Notes: generated from the letters alone by a model not told the origin. 64,000 bases of DNA from Candidatus Omnitrophota bacterium (GCA_021735655.1 JAIPGM010000008.1:1-64000); one strand, 5' to 3'. Counted from the stretch's first letter, positions 1-10,375 are shown. Translations and numbers: made by a program.

Positions 1-273
1 CTATTAGATGTCGCTGGAGTGGTTATATCGATATGGTCAGTTGCGATTCGATAACTTAGTAATGCTGATCAAAATAAGAATAGACGTTATTTGTATTTTT
101 CTTTAAAATGGGTTCTGACTTTTTGATATAGGGACCCCAGTTTTTTTATGCCTATTCCGAATAAAATTAAAGTTAATTTTACAAGGGAGTAAAAACCTTT
201 AGGTAAAATTTCTACAATCAAAATATATTTTCCCAAAAAAGCTTATTAGGTATATAATAGAAAATAATTAATT

Positions 274-1359
274 ATGTCTAAGCTAAACCCACTAGTAATC
301 GGAGATTTAACCATCAAGGTGCCAATTATCCAGGGCGGCATGGGGGTTAAAGTATCTACAGCACCCCTAGTTAGCGCAGTCGCTAATTGTCAGGCAGCTG
401 GAACAATCGCCAGCGTCGGACTTGCATACGGCACTCCTGAAAATGAATCCGATTATTTAAATGCTTCGAAGGAAGCCTTAAGAAAAGAAATCCGCAAAAG
501 CCGAGAGTTGACCTCTGGTGTTATTGGGGTAAATATAATGGTAGCTTTGACTAATTATCAGGATTTAGTTCAAGTTGCCGTAGAAGAAAAAGCTGACTTT
601 ATAGTTTCCGGAGCTGGCTTGCCTTTGAGGTTACCGGAGTTTACCAAAGGTTCTTCAATAAAATTGATTCCGATTGTTTCTTCAGCTAAAGCGACTAAAT
701 TAATAATAAAAACTTGGGTCCGTCGTTATCAACGTCTTCCCGATGCGATTGTGGTTGAAGGCCCGTTGGCTGGTGGTCATTTAGGATTTAGGTTTGAGGA
801 GTTAAACGAAAATTCAGCAGATAGTCTAGAGAGTTTAGTTAGTGATGTTATAAGGGTAACCGAGGAATATGCGAAGGAATCCAATGTAACTATACCGGTT
901 ATTGCCGGCGGAGGCATATTTGACGGTAAAGATATTGCTAAGTTTATTAAATTGGGCGCAAAGGGAGTACAAATGGCGACCCGGTTTGTTGCTACTGAAG
1001 AATGCTCTGTTGCCGATGAGTTTAAGGAACTGTATCTTAAGGCTGAAGCCGAAGATATAGTCATTATTAAAAGCCCGGTTGGCTTGCCGGGAAGAGCGAT
1101 TAAAACTTCGTTTATCGAAAAAATGGTCCGGGGAGAAAAACATCCGGTTAGTTGCCCTTATAAATGTTTAATAACTTGTGATCCAGCCACAGTACCTTAT
1201 TGTATCGCTAAGGCTTTATGTAATGCTTCAATCGGCGATTTAGATAATGCTGTCGTGTTTACTGGCAGCAATGTTTCAAAAGTTAAAGCAATTGTGCCGG
1301 TAAAACAATTAATTGATGAGCTCGTTGATGAGGCAGCTAAAGAGTTAGCATCGGGTTAG
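274..1359 (+). CDS. FMN-dependent NMO-family oxidoreductase, FabK-like (putative enoyl-ACP reductase II / nitronate monooxygenase)
   Basis: IQGGMGV, AGGHLG and IPVIAGGGI...GTRF motifs align with S. pneumoniae FabK/2-nitropropane dioxygenase TIM-barrel proteins. Confidence 0.55.
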   Translation: MSKLNPLVIGDLTIKVPIIQGGMGVKVSTAPLVSAVANCQAAGTIASVGLAYGTPENESDYLNASKEALRKEIRKSRELTSGVIGVNIMVALTNYQDLVQVAVEEKADFIVSGAGLPLRLPEFTKGSSIKLIPIVSSAKATKLIIKTWVRRYQRLPDAIVVEGPLAGGHLGFRFEELNENSADSLESLVSDVIRVTEEYAKESNVTIPVIAGGGIFDGKDIAKFIKLGAKGVQMATRFVATEECSVADEFKELYLKAEAEDIVIIKSPVGLPGRAIKTSFIEKMVRGEKHPVSCPYKCLITCDPATVPYCIAKALCNASIGDLDNAVVFTGSNVSKVKAIVPVKQLIDELVDEAAKELASG

Positions 1360-1370
1360 GGGTAAAAAGA

Positions 1371-1925
1371 GTGGTTGTATTTAATTTTTTTAAAAAATTA
1401 CTTAAGTCAAAAAAATCTAAAAAGAAAAGTCCTAGCAAAAAAGCCAAGAAGGTAACCGCTAAAAAGCCAGCTAAAAAAACTACTAAAAAATCGTCTCGGA
1501 AAGTTAAAAAAATAACTAAAGCTAAAAGCAAACCAGCTCGAAAGTTAAAGAAAAAGCTAACAAAAAAAGGTTCAAAGAAAAAGGTAAAAAAGGCCTCTGA
1601 GCCTAAATCAAAAAAGTCTTCTCATACATTTAAGAAGAAATCTCTCACTAAAGCTTTAAAAAAAATACTACCTAAGAGTAAGGGTGAAGAAGTTGGCGTT
1701 GTCACTCATTATTTTAATAAGCTTTCAGTGGGGATAATTAAATTGAAGAAGCCGCTTAAGGTTGGCGATAAGATTCATATAAAAGGCGCCCATGATGATT
1801 TCACTCAAGGTATTAAATCAATGCAGCATGACCACAAGGATATTTCTTTAGCCAAAAAAGGCTTAGAAATTGGGATTAAAGTTTCTCGACCGGTTCATGA
1901 GAATGATAAAGTTTATAAATTATAA
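1371..1925 (+). CDS. Histone H1-like lysine-rich basic protein with C-terminal globular domain
   Basis: N-terminal ~110 aa is almost pure K/A/S/P repeats (KKAKK, AKKPAKK); the C-terminal ~70 aa is non-repetitive. Confidence 0.5.
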   Translation: MVVFNFFKKLLKSKKSKKKSPSKKAKKVTAKKPAKKTTKKSSRKVKKITKAKSKPARKLKKKLTKKGSKKKVKKASEPKSKKSSHTFKKKSLTKALKKILPKSKGEEVGVVTHYFNKLSVGIIKLKKPLKVGDKIHIKGAHDDFTQGIKSMQHDHKDISLAKKGLEIGIKVSRPVHENDKVYKL

Positions 1926-2634
1926 GTATTTATTTGTCCGAATTTTAAAATTAAGTTTTAGTTTAGTTTTTAGTTTTATTTTTTTGTTGATTAGCCTAAA
2001 TTTTGTCCAAGCCGAAATAGTTTCAAAAAAGACTAAAGGGTTTGAATATTACCTTTTAGTTCCTCCTGATTATAATTCTTCTAAATCTTGGCCGTTAATC
2101 ATTGCTTTCCATCCTTCAACCGGACGCGGAAGCTCAATGCTTGATCGTTTTACTGAATCAGCAGAGAAAAAAGGTTATATTGTTGCTGGACCGAATTCAG
2201 CCAATAGTGCTTATTGGTATTTTTCAGAAAGTAAAGATGTATTCAGGATGATTGATGAGATTAAACGAGACTATTCGATTGATAATAGCCGGATATATCT
2301 TACTGGATTTTCAGCCGGTGCGATCATGACTTATTATTTAGGTCTAAAATTCCCCGAAAAATTTAGGGCGATTGCGCCTTTTTCCGGTCGTTTAAGGAAT
2401 ATGGAGCAAGAAGGATTTATTCGTTTAAGTAGAGATAAAAAACAGCAGCTTCCGGTTTTTATTCTTCATGGCAAAACCGACAATATTCTTAATATAAGCG
2501 AAGCCGTATACGCAAAAGAGAGGCTTGCTAGTTTTGGCTATGATGTTAAGCTGCGTGAGCTTAGTGGCTTAGGCCATGAGTATCCTGCCTATATAAATTG
2601 GATTATCATAAATTGGTTTGAGAAGTTAAAGTAA
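1870..2634 (+). CDS. Secreted alpha/beta-hydrolase esterase (carboxylesterase / PHB-depolymerase-like)
   Basis: Hydrophobic signal-like N-terminus, GFSAG nucleophile elbow, HGxxD-like motif; the true start is probably an internal Met (about 1897), overlapping the upstream gene in another frame. Confidence 0.55.
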   Translation: MGLKFLDRFMRMIKFINYKYLFVRILKLSFSLVFSFIFLLISLNFVQAEIVSKKTKGFEYYLLVPPDYNSSKSWPLIIAFHPSTGRGSSMLDRFTESAEKKGYIVAGPNSANSAYWYFSESKDVFRMIDEIKRDYSIDNSRIYLTGFSAGAIMTYYLGLKFPEKFRAIAPFSGRLRNMEQEGFIRLSRDKKQQLPVFILHGKTDNILNISEAVYAKERLASFGYDVKLRELSGLGHEYPAYINWIIINWFEKLK

Positions 2635-2662
2635 AGGGAAGAGTTAGCTTACGAGGCTAAGA

Positions 2663-4237
2663 ATGGAATCAATAGTCAAAGCTTTAAAGAATCCTTTGGT
2701 TGGTTTAACCCTGATTTACTTTGTTCTGGTGGTTCTCGGTGTTTCTTTTGGTGATCGAGGCTGGTATGAGCCGGACGGAGTAGCGACTTTGGCTGGTTCG
2801 CTTAACCTTTTAGAAGCTAAGCAGGGAGGGTTTTATCTTTATAATTATTACTATCAGCCGTTAAGCTATGAATTAAATCATTCTATTTTTCGAATCTTTG
2901 GTAACCCCTACTTGTTATATCTCTTGCCGGCATTGTTTGGGGCAGTTGGCGTCTGTTGTTTAGCCGGAGCGATTTTTCTGTTTTCTAAGCGGCGAATAAA
3001 TATATTTTTTAGTTTTTGTTTTTTGTTATTTTTTCCGGAAATTTTTTTTCGACTGCTTTACCCGAATTCTAGCGTATTTGCAATGGTTCTTTTTTCATTT
3101 TGTCTTTTGCTTTTGTTTCAGGAAGGTCCAAAGAGTAAGATTTATTTTTTAATTGGTATGATTTCAAGCTTAGCGTGTCTTTTTCGTTTTGATTTTATAC
3201 TTGGGCTTCCTATTTTAGCCTACCTCATTTTTCTAGCGAGTGGGAAAAGACAACCTTTGCTTTATTATTTTATCGGTAGTGTTTCGGTATTTTGTTTAGC
3301 TTATTTTTTAAATATTTTTAACCCTTTAGCAATATTAAGGGGCTATAGCTTTCATTTAGCATTAAGTCAATCGTTGAATTGGGGTAGTTTTGATTCTTGG
3401 GGGGTATTTTTTAGCATAACCAATATATTAGTTTGGGTTGCTCTGTTGGCCTATAGTCTTATTTACCTGAAGAGTTCTTTTGTCAAGAAAAGCTGGAAGT
3501 CTTTTTTTATCTTAATGCCTGGTCTTATTCTAATTTTTCCGCTTTTTAGCCGCCTTACTGCAGCACATCATTTGCTTGTTGCTATATGCTTTGGGCCGTT
3601 TGTTTTGCTTAAGGCGGTCAGTGGTTTTAGTGCCAGTCGTTTGGCCCAGAGATTTAAATTAGATTTTTCGAAAGTCATTCCGATAGTGGTTATTTTTAGT
3701 CTTTTAATGCAATTTTTATCATTTGAAATTAAAACTAAATTTCCTTACTTTAAAATTGCCAGTGCTCCAACTTATGCAGTTACTCATGATGGGCCAAGAG
3801 TTTTTGGGGCTTATTTAAAAGGGTATCTTCAAACAGCTAAGGCTAGCAAAACAGCCTATTATAGGAATGCTTTAACTTTGTCTCAGGGTATAGCTAAGGT
3901 AATTTCCGGTTCAGAGTCAGATTATCTTATTGTTGGTACAAGGAAAATGATTCCTGAGAACTATTTGCTGGCAATTAATACTTATGCCTTGGTATTCTTT
4001 TTACAGATGGCCGGATATGAGTTAAGAATAGATGAAGATACAATGTTTTTAAGGGGGCCAAATAACAAGGTTACTATCGAAAGTTTTGATTTTGTAAGAT
4101 ATCAGAATTTTGATCCTAAAAAATCGCCGAAATCCCTTAAAGTTATAAAGATACCTATTGTCTTTGGACATCCGAAGCTGCGGTCGGCAGCTTCCCAGCA
4201 ATTCTGGCGAGAGATTATTTTATCATCCCAAAAATAG
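2663..4237 (+). CDS. Polytopic integral membrane protein, possibly a GT-C-type glycosyltransferase (function uncertain)
   Basis: More than 10 predicted TM helices, aromatic-rich loops, large C-terminal soluble domain; no diagnostic motif recognised. Confidence 0.4.
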   Translation: MESIVKALKNPLVGLTLIYFVLVVLGVSFGDRGWYEPDGVATLAGSLNLLEAKQGGFYLYNYYYQPLSYELNHSIFRIFGNPYLLYLLPALFGAVGVCCLAGAIFLFSKRRINIFFSFCFLLFFPEIFFRLLYPNSSVFAMVLFSFCLLLLFQEGPKSKIYFLIGMISSLACLFRFDFILGLPILAYLIFLASGKRQPLLYYFIGSVSVFCLAYFLNIFNPLAILRGYSFHLALSQSLNWGSFDSWGVFFSITNILVWVALLAYSLIYLKSSFVKKSWKSFFILMPGLILIFPLFSRLTAAHHLLVAICFGPFVLLKAVSGFSASRLAQRFKLDFSKVIPIVVIFSLLMQFLSFEIKTKFPYFKIASAPTYAVTHDGPRVFGAYLKGYLQTAKASKTAYYRNALTLSQGIAKVISGSESDYLIVGTRKMIPENYLLAINTYALVFFLQMAGYELRIDEDTMFLRGPNNKVTIESFDFVRYQNFDPKKSPKSLKVIKIPIVFGHPKLRSAASQQFWREIILSSQK

Positions 4238-4276
4238 AAATTTCTGGTATAATTAATACCTAAAAAGGGGGGGGCT

Positions 4277-5713
4277 ATGCATGAAGAGACTAAAGAAATT
4301 ACTAGTTTAATAAGTAAAGCCGCTAGATTAGCTCGTCAAGAAAGTAGTCACGAGCCAGAGCCAGGTCTGACCAAACCAATTGAGTGGCCGGTTAACTGTT
4401 TAGTCGGCCCGGGCTTAGAGGGGGCTATAGCTTGCGAGAGTAAGATCGGCTACGTTAATGGCTCAAAGGGTTGGTTAATCTATAGAGGTTATGATATTTT
4501 TGATCTTTGCGCTCATTCTAATTTTGAAGAAGTATCTTACCTGCTCCTTTATGGACATCTTCCTTCAGTAACTCAATTTAATGGCTTTAAAGATAAGCTA
4601 ATTAAATATCGTAATATTCCTTCGACAATTCGTCTAATAGTTAATTTTCCGGTTGAGGAGATGAATGCTATGGCTGCACTTCGTTTTGGTGTTAACTTAA
4701 TGCGCCAAGAGTGTACCTCGGTCGATAGAGATAGTTACAAGACCGACGCTACGATAATTAGCGCTGATGAAGACTCTATTGCCATGGAGACTCGTCCAAA
4801 AGGCGAAAAACATGCTATCTATGAATTTGAGAGAATTGTTCGTAAAAAGGCTAAAGATGTTAGTGACGGATTGCATCCGGCAGCTGGCTATGAGTCAAGT
4901 TGGCATTTAATTTCGGGAGTAGTTTCGGTGGCCGGAGCCATTGCTCGTCTAAGACAAGGTAATCTGCCGATAGATCCCGATCTTAATTTGAGTCACGCGG
5001 CAAATCTTATTTATATGATAACTGGAAACCGCCCTAATAAAATTGAGGAGCGGATCATGGATACAGTGCTTATTTTGCATGCTGACCACGGTATTAATGC
5101 CAGTACCTTTGCTACTCTGGTTGTTTGCTCAACTCTTTCTGATATGTACTTTGCTGTTGGTTCCGGGATTGCTGCTTTGAATGGTCCTTTGCATGGTGGG
5201 GCTAATGAGCAAGTGTTGCATATGCTTAAAGAAATAGGGGGCCCCAAAAATGTAAGTAGTTGGTATGCTAAGGCTCGGTCTAAAAAGAAAAAAATTATGG
5301 GCTTTGGGCACAGAGTCTATAAAGCTTATGATCCGCGAGCACGGATTTTAGGTCCTTTGGCCGAGTATTTAGTTAATACTAAAGGCGACAGCGATATGAA
5401 AAAACTGCTCGCTACCGCGCAAAGTTTAGAAAAGGAAGTGATAACTACCTTGGGCGTTGAAAAAAAGATATTCCCCAACGTTGATTTTTATTCGGGAATT
5501 GTTTATTCTTGCTTAGGGATACCGGTAGATCTTTTTACTTCTATTTTTGCTGTTAGTCGTGTGGTTGGTTGGACGGCTCGAGCAATGGAGTATTTAGAAA
5601 ATAACAGAATTTTTAGGCCTCGGGCGATGTATACTGGTCCGTTTAACAAAAAGTATCGATCACTTGATCAACGTAGTGGTAAAGCCGGTAAGTCCAAGGT
5701 TAAGAAAAAGTAA
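4277..5713 (+). CDS. gltA: Citrate synthase
   Basis: GPLHGGANE signature, GFGHRVYK and DPR motifs, length typical of type II citrate synthase. Confidence 0.9.
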   Translation: MHEETKEITSLISKAARLARQESSHEPEPGLTKPIEWPVNCLVGPGLEGAIACESKIGYVNGSKGWLIYRGYDIFDLCAHSNFEEVSYLLLYGHLPSVTQFNGFKDKLIKYRNIPSTIRLIVNFPVEEMNAMAALRFGVNLMRQECTSVDRDSYKTDATIISADEDSIAMETRPKGEKHAIYEFERIVRKKAKDVSDGLHPAAGYESSWHLISGVVSVAGAIARLRQGNLPIDPDLNLSHAANLIYMITGNRPNKIEERIMDTVLILHADHGINASTFATLVVCSTLSDMYFAVGSGIAALNGPLHGGANEQVLHMLKEIGGPKNVSSWYAKARSKKKKIMGFGHRVYKAYDPRARILGPLAEYLVNTKGDSDMKKLLATAQSLEKEVITTLGVEKKIFPNVDFYSGIVYSCLGIPVDLFTSIFAVSRVVGWTARAMEYLENNRIFRPRAMYTGPFNKKYRSLDQRSGKAGKSKVKKK

Positions 5714-5729
5714 TTTTTGAGCCTTAGTT

Positions 5730-6134
5730 ATGAATAAAAGAAAAATAACCGGTGCGGTGATGCTTCTTTTTTCTTTTTTATGCTTAGCTTGTTCGCCGTT
5801 TGAGGTAGTTAGGCTTTTTGGGGTCGGAACAAAGCCGTTTAAAGAAAAAGGTAAAATTTACACTAAGACTATTAATAAGAGTTTTTTTGAAAGCTATGAC
5901 TTAGTAGTCGATTCTTTTGGCCAAATGCAGGCTAATTTTTATCGGGGAAGCCGCAAAGACGGATTTATTATATTTACTAATTTTAACGTTAGTTTTCCTC
6001 AAGCCAATGCATCTACTGAAGTGGCTGTTTTTTTAAGCGAGTCGGGACCAAATAATACTCAAATCCAAGTCTCGTCGCTTAATTACTCGCTTTCAGATTT
6101 TGTGGCTGAGGAGTTGTTTAAGAGTTTGGAATAA
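5730..6134 (+). CDS. Lipoprotein, hypothetical
   Basis: Signal peptide with lipobox (LCLACS); no recognisable domain. Confidence 0.45.
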   Translation: MNKRKITGAVMLLFSFLCLACSPFEVVRLFGVGTKPFKEKGKIYTKTINKSFFESYDLVVDSFGQMQANFYRGSRKDGFIIFTNFNVSFPQANASTEVAVFLSESGPNNTQIQVSSLNYSLSDFVAEELFKSLE

Positions 6135-6169
6135 TAAGTAAGTAACCAATCCATAGCTAGGAGTTAAGT

Positions 6170-6550
6170 ATGCAATGGGACGGAATTAATCGCAGACGGT
6201 TTGTTAGGGTGCAGTATCCTTTTACTGTGCATATCTATGTGCCTGGCGAACCACCGATTTCTAGCTACACCGAAGATATCAGTACCGGCGGGATAAAGGT
6301 TACCATCAAACAGGTAATTGCTAAATCAACTTTGGTTGATTTGGAAATTTACTTGAAGAGTGATCCGGTTCTTTGTAAAGGGGTGGTTTCTTGGGCGAGA
6401 GAACGTAAGAGTAAGTTTCTTGAAGATACGATCATCCATGATTTAGGGATCGAGTTTTCTGAAGTTAAAACTGGAGATAAAAGGTCGATTAAGAAACAGG
6501 TTGATGATTTGGCTAAGGCTAAGAAGGAAGATAACCAGGCAACTGAATAG
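6170..6550 (+). CDS. PilZ-domain c-di-GMP-binding protein
   Basis: RRRFVR (RxxxR) followed by DISTGG (DxSxxG) PilZ signature. Confidence 0.6.
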   Translation: MQWDGINRRRFVRVQYPFTVHIYVPGEPPISSYTEDISTGGIKVTIKQVIAKSTLVDLEIYLKSDPVLCKGVVSWARERKSKFLEDTIIHDLGIEFSEVKTGDKRSIKKQVDDLAKAKKEDNQATE

Positions 6551-6599
6551 AATTAATTTTAATTGTTTTATTTATAAGTAATATCAAGAGAGGTAAGCC

Positions 6600-6995
6600 A
6601 TGCTTAAGAAAACCGTTAAAATTCTTGTAATTGATGACGAAGAGGATTTTAGTTTTTTTCTAAAAAAGAACTTAGCTCGTCTTGATTATAAAGTTTTAGT
6701 GGCTTCGAATGGAAGAAAAGGCTTGCAGTTAGCCAGGCGTCATAAGCCAGACCTAATTTTGCTTGATGTAATGATGCCGGGAATCGATGGCTTTGAAGTT
6801 TTAAAAAGCCTAAAAACTGGCAAGGAAACTTTATCCATCCCAGTGATTATGCTTACTGGAAGAGATGATCAAGAGGCTAAACAACTAGCAGCTAGCTTAT
6901 ATAATGAGGATTATATTGTTAAGCCTGCAAATGTTGAAGAACTGCGTCTGCGGATAGAGAAGGTGTTAGACCAACGCAGGGGGCAAGAGGATTAA
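6600..6995 (+). CDS. Stand-alone response-regulator receiver (CheY-like)
   Basis: ILVIDDE...LILLDVMMPGIDG...TGRDD receiver motifs with phospho-acceptor Asp; no output domain. Confidence 0.8.
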   Translation: MLKKTVKILVIDDEEDFSFFLKKNLARLDYKVLVASNGRKGLQLARRHKPDLILLDVMMPGIDGFEVLKSLKTGKETLSIPVIMLTGRDDQEAKQLAASLYNEDYIVKPANVEELRLRIEKVLDQRRGQED

Positions 6996-7013
6996 AAGAA
7001 GGCCTAGTTTTTA

Positions 7014-7757
7014 ATGTCTAGAAGACCATTTTTTCTGTACGGTAAAAATTCAGTAGCTGAGCGACTCAAAGCCAATCCCCAAAGTATTAAGAAAATATTC
7101 CTAAAAAGTAATTTTACTGAACCGGCGATTGAGAAGCTGATTAAGCTTCGTAAGATTCCTTCCGAGCGTATAGTCCAACACAGATTAGATAAGATTAAGC
7201 CGCAGGCTCTTTTAGGGGGAATCATTGCGGAAATTGCCGATTTTGAATATGCCTATCTTGAGGATTTAATAAAAAAACCAAAAGATCAGCGGCCATCATT
7301 TATTTTTCTTGATCGAATTTTTGATCCTCAAAACTTAGGGGCAATTATTCGTACCGCAGCCTGTTTCGGTAATTTTTCTGTGGTTATACCAAAACATAAG
7401 GCCTGTGAAGTTACTGAAACTGTTTTGCATGTTGCTTGCGGTGGAGAAAACTACGTTCCAATTGTTATGGTTTCTAACCTTAGAAATGGTCTTTTGCAGT
7501 TGAAGGATGAGGGCTATTGGGCTGTTGGTGCTGCTGCTGAAGGTGGTGAAAATATTACTAAAGCCAGCTTACCTGATCCGATTTGTTTGGTTCTTGGTTC
7601 TGAAGGCAGTGGCATACGCTATGGTCTTACCAAGCACCTTGATAAGGTTATAAATATCCCAATGCAGGGAGTGGCTTTATCTTTTAACGTAACTGCTGCT
7701 TGTGCAATTCTTTGCTATGAGGTTCAACGACAGAAAGCGCTTACGGATAAGGGGTAA
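7014..7757 (+). CDS. rlmB: 23S rRNA 2'-O-ribose methyltransferase, SpoU/TrmH family (RlmB-like)
   Basis: N-terminal substrate-binding region plus SPOUT motifs LDRIFDPQNLGAIIRTA, LVLGSEGSGIR, IPMQGVALSFNVTAA. Confidence 0.8.
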   Translation: MSRRPFFLYGKNSVAERLKANPQSIKKIFLKSNFTEPAIEKLIKLRKIPSERIVQHRLDKIKPQALLGGIIAEIADFEYAYLEDLIKKPKDQRPSFIFLDRIFDPQNLGAIIRTAACFGNFSVVIPKHKACEVTETVLHVACGGENYVPIVMVSNLRNGLLQLKDEGYWAVGAAAEGGENITKASLPDPICLVLGSEGSGIRYGLTKHLDKVINIPMQGVALSFNVTAACAILCYEVQRQKALTDKG

Positions 7758-7860
7758 ATATAGTCTTTATCATGGTTTTTGTTTGGAGTTTATGGTATCA
7801 TTGGAATAGAGAATTAAATTGTAACCTGGGAAAGGTTAGTTGAATTAAGAGAGGGTCCAG

Positions 7861-8325
7861 ATGGTCAAAAAAATAATACTTTTATTAGTTATTTTTGTTT
7901 TTGGGGGTTTTTTATCCTCTGTAGGTTTCTGCCAATATGTATATTTGGACGCTAAATATGTACAGATTAAAGGACCTGTTGAGTTTAAGGAAATCGGCGT
8001 TGCCTTGAGTGAAACTGCTTGTGAACGGTTAATTGCTATTTTAGATTTAGAGGATGGCCTTGAGTTTGAGCAGGCTTTAAATTCATATGATATATTAAGA
8101 ATTGATAACTACGCTTCGGCTATTCTTCTTGACCTTAATCTTTTTGAGGGCATGGCTAAGGTTACTGTTCTTGAAGGCTTGCAGCATAAATTTTCCGGTT
8201 GGATACCTATTAGTTGGCTTGACGATAACCAGAGTCGTCCGATTCTATCTGAAAGCTATCAATTTGTTCCCTATGAGTTTACTGAAGATGGTTCGATTCC
8301 TCGCTGTCACTGGGGTTATAAATAG
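7861..8325 (+). CDS. Secreted hypothetical protein
   Basis: Signal peptide, no recognised domain. Confidence 0.4.
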   Translation: MVKKIILLLVIFVFGGFLSSVGFCQYVYLDAKYVQIKGPVEFKEIGVALSETACERLIAILDLEDGLEFEQALNSYDILRIDNYASAILLDLNLFEGMAKVTVLEGLQHKFSGWIPISWLDDNQSRPILSESYQFVPYEFTEDGSIPRCHWGYK

Positions 8326-8444
8326 ATCCGGTCCCTTTTATTTTACCTTCCTTAAAATATCTGATATAATTATTCAATTAGCTATTATTTTTTGAGTTAG
8401 TTAAAACTCACTAGAGATAATGGTTTATTGAGGGAGGTGAAGTA

Positions 8445-8810
8445 ATGCAAGTTAATTTCAAAACCGAAGAGATTAGTTTTATTGTTGATTTCAATAATTC
8501 TCGCACTGCTCAGGAGATTATCCAAAAGCTGCCGATAGAATCTGTTGTTTCAACCTGGGGAGATGAAATTTATTTCGATATTGGTTTTAAAGCTTCAGCT
8601 GAAGATGCGACTATGGAGCTTAAGGTTGGGGATGTGGCTTATTGGCCACAAGGTAAATGCCTTTGTGTATTTTTTGGACCGACCCCGGCTAGCAGCGGTT
8701 TGGCTCCGGTTCCGGCTTCTCCGGTTGTCTTGGTTGGTAAGACCAAGGTTTTACCTTTAGAGCTAAAGTCTATACAGTTAGGTGAAAGAATAACTGTAAC
8801 CCGGGGATAA
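8445..8810 (+). CDS. Small cyclophilin-like-fold protein (TM1367/DUF3830-like), function unknown
   Basis: Resembles, from memory, the uncharacterised cyclophilin-like family (WGDEIYF, YWPQGK, CVFFGP). Confidence 0.35.
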   Translation: MQVNFKTEEISFIVDFNNSRTAQEIIQKLPIESVVSTWGDEIYFDIGFKASAEDATMELKVGDVAYWPQGKCLCVFFGPTPASSGLAPVPASPVVLVGKTKVLPLELKSIQLGERITVTRG

Positions 8811-8930
8811 AAGTACTTGTTTCTTATATAATTACATATTACAATAGGGAAGTGGATTCAGTCTAATGAAAGCATTTTACAAAATCATAGTTTTATTAAA
8901 AAATCTAAGTTTCATCAAGGAGGATGAGCA

Positions 8931-10370
8931 ATGTTTGACGACAGAAGTAGAAAGTATAAGAATCAGTATGTGCCTTTAGATCCAGTCGATATTAATCTTT
9001 ACAAGCCATTTATTGGTGAAAAAGCTTTAGATGAGATTAAGTATTTAGCTCAACCGTTACAAAATAAAGTTTGGGCCAATATTAACTCTACTTTTGTTGG
9101 TGGCGGCGTAGCTGAAATGCTTCAAAGCGTGCTTCCTTTTGCCCGGGGCTTAGGTATTGATGCTCGTTGGTTTGTTATTGAGGGGAGCGATGAGTTTTTT
9201 ACGGTAACTAAGAAGTTTCACAATCTCTTACAAGGTATTGATCAGCCAATTAGTCTTGAGGAGATTTTTCACGCTTATCTTGATACGATTGATGAAAATA
9301 CCCGTAATGTTAGGGTTGTCGGACATATGGTTACCGTGCATGATCCTCAGCCGGCAGCCTTAGTTATGAACGGTAATGTTTATGGGCATATCTTATGGCG
9401 TTGTCATATAGATACCTCTAACGCCAGCCGTCGAATTTGGCGCTTTTTACTTCCTTATCTTAATCAGTTCGAGGGAGCAATCTTTACGGCTATGGAGTTT
9501 GTTCGTGAAAATCTTCATATTCCTACTTATGAGATTAGTCCTTCCATTGATCCTTTGCGCATTAAGAATAAACAACGTACCGAAAAGGAAGCTTTGAAGG
9601 TTCTAGCTGATCTTTTTAATAAGCATAATATTGATCCTAAGCGTCCGATTGTTGCTGCTGTTTCACGTTACGATATTCATAAGAACCAAAAAGGGATTAT
9701 CGAGTCCTTTAGGTTAATGAAGCAGAAAATAGCTAAAGGAATTAATCCGATTTTAATCATTATGGGTAATAGTGCAACCGATGATCCTGAGGGTAGCCAA
9801 GTTTATGAAGATATAAAAGAAGCGGTTGGAAGCGATAAGGATATTTATCTTCTTTTGAATGTTGAGAATAATGATGAGGTTGTTGGTTCGCTTATGTCGA
9901 TTGCTAATTGCTTTGTTCATATTTCAACCAAGGAAGGTTTTGGTTTAGTGGTGACTGAAGCAATGTGGCAGGGCGTTCCGGTAATTGGTAGCAAAATAGG
10001 CGGAATTCCCAAACAGGTTGTAAACGGTGTAAACGGATTTCTAACCGGACCCCATGAATATGCTCAAGTAGCTCGGGCAATGCAGGTTTTTCTAGAAAAT
10101 AAAAAAATGCGTGATGCCTTTGGTCAAAGCGCTCGCAACCATGTAGCTCAGAATTTTCTTCTTCCGCATATGCTTAAGAAAGAATTGACTTTAATGCGCT
10201 ATCACTTAGAAATTGATAATAAAATCCCTCCTTTTAGGCTTAACAAATTAACTTACAAAGAGATAAGCCAGGCGCTCTACGGCCGAACGGTTTGGCCTTT
10301 TTCAACTAATGATTTAAAGCAGCGAATTGAAGCAATTTGGGAAGGCCTTGAACCGCGGGATATGGATTAA
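8931..10370 (+). CDS. GT4-family glycosyltransferase (trehalose-synthase TreT-like)
   Basis: C-terminal GT-B domain with EX7E-type motif (STKEGFGLVVTEAM) and GSKIGGIP; N-terminal half resembles TreT-type GT1 N-domain. Confidence 0.6.
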   Translation: MFDDRSRKYKNQYVPLDPVDINLYKPFIGEKALDEIKYLAQPLQNKVWANINSTFVGGGVAEMLQSVLPFARGLGIDARWFVIEGSDEFFTVTKKFHNLLQGIDQPISLEEIFHAYLDTIDENTRNVRVVGHMVTVHDPQPAALVMNGNVYGHILWRCHIDTSNASRRIWRFLLPYLNQFEGAIFTAMEFVRENLHIPTYEISPSIDPLRIKNKQRTEKEALKVLADLFNKHNIDPKRPIVAAVSRYDIHKNQKGIIESFRLMKQKIAKGINPILIIMGNSATDDPEGSQVYEDIKEAVGSDKDIYLLLNVENNDEVVGSLMSIANCFVHISTKEGFGLVVTEAMWQGVPVIGSKIGGIPKQVVNGVNGFLTGPHEYAQVARAMQVFLENKKMRDAFGQSARNHVAQNFLLPHMLKKELTLMRYHLEIDNKIPPFRLNKLTYKEISQALYGRTVWPFSTNDLKQRIEAIWEGLEPRDMD

Positions 10371-10375
10371 AATCT

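Noticed and set aside
1-273. Upstream non-coding leader with a TATAAT at about 252
   Set aside because: A plausible -10 lies 17 bp before the first ATG, but there is no clear -35. It is not reported as a feature.
777-1143. Antisense ORFs inside the FabK-like gene (777..1064 and 835..1143). Similar cases: 5011..5311 in gltA, 16302..16487 and 16923..17180 in the 1068-aa gene, 17740..18048, 18272..18493, 19462..19647, 20460..20693, 26536..26784, 27245..27520, 30904..31116, 33670..33927, 35864..36097, 59059..59730, 62265..63988
   Set aside because: They are fully embedded in stronger, motif-bearing ORFs on the other strand or in another frame. They have low-complexity or odd composition and no RBS.
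8102-8760. Alternative-frame ORFs 8102..8395 and 8545..8760
   Set aside because: They overlap better-supported genes (7861..8325 and 8445..8810) and lack start context.
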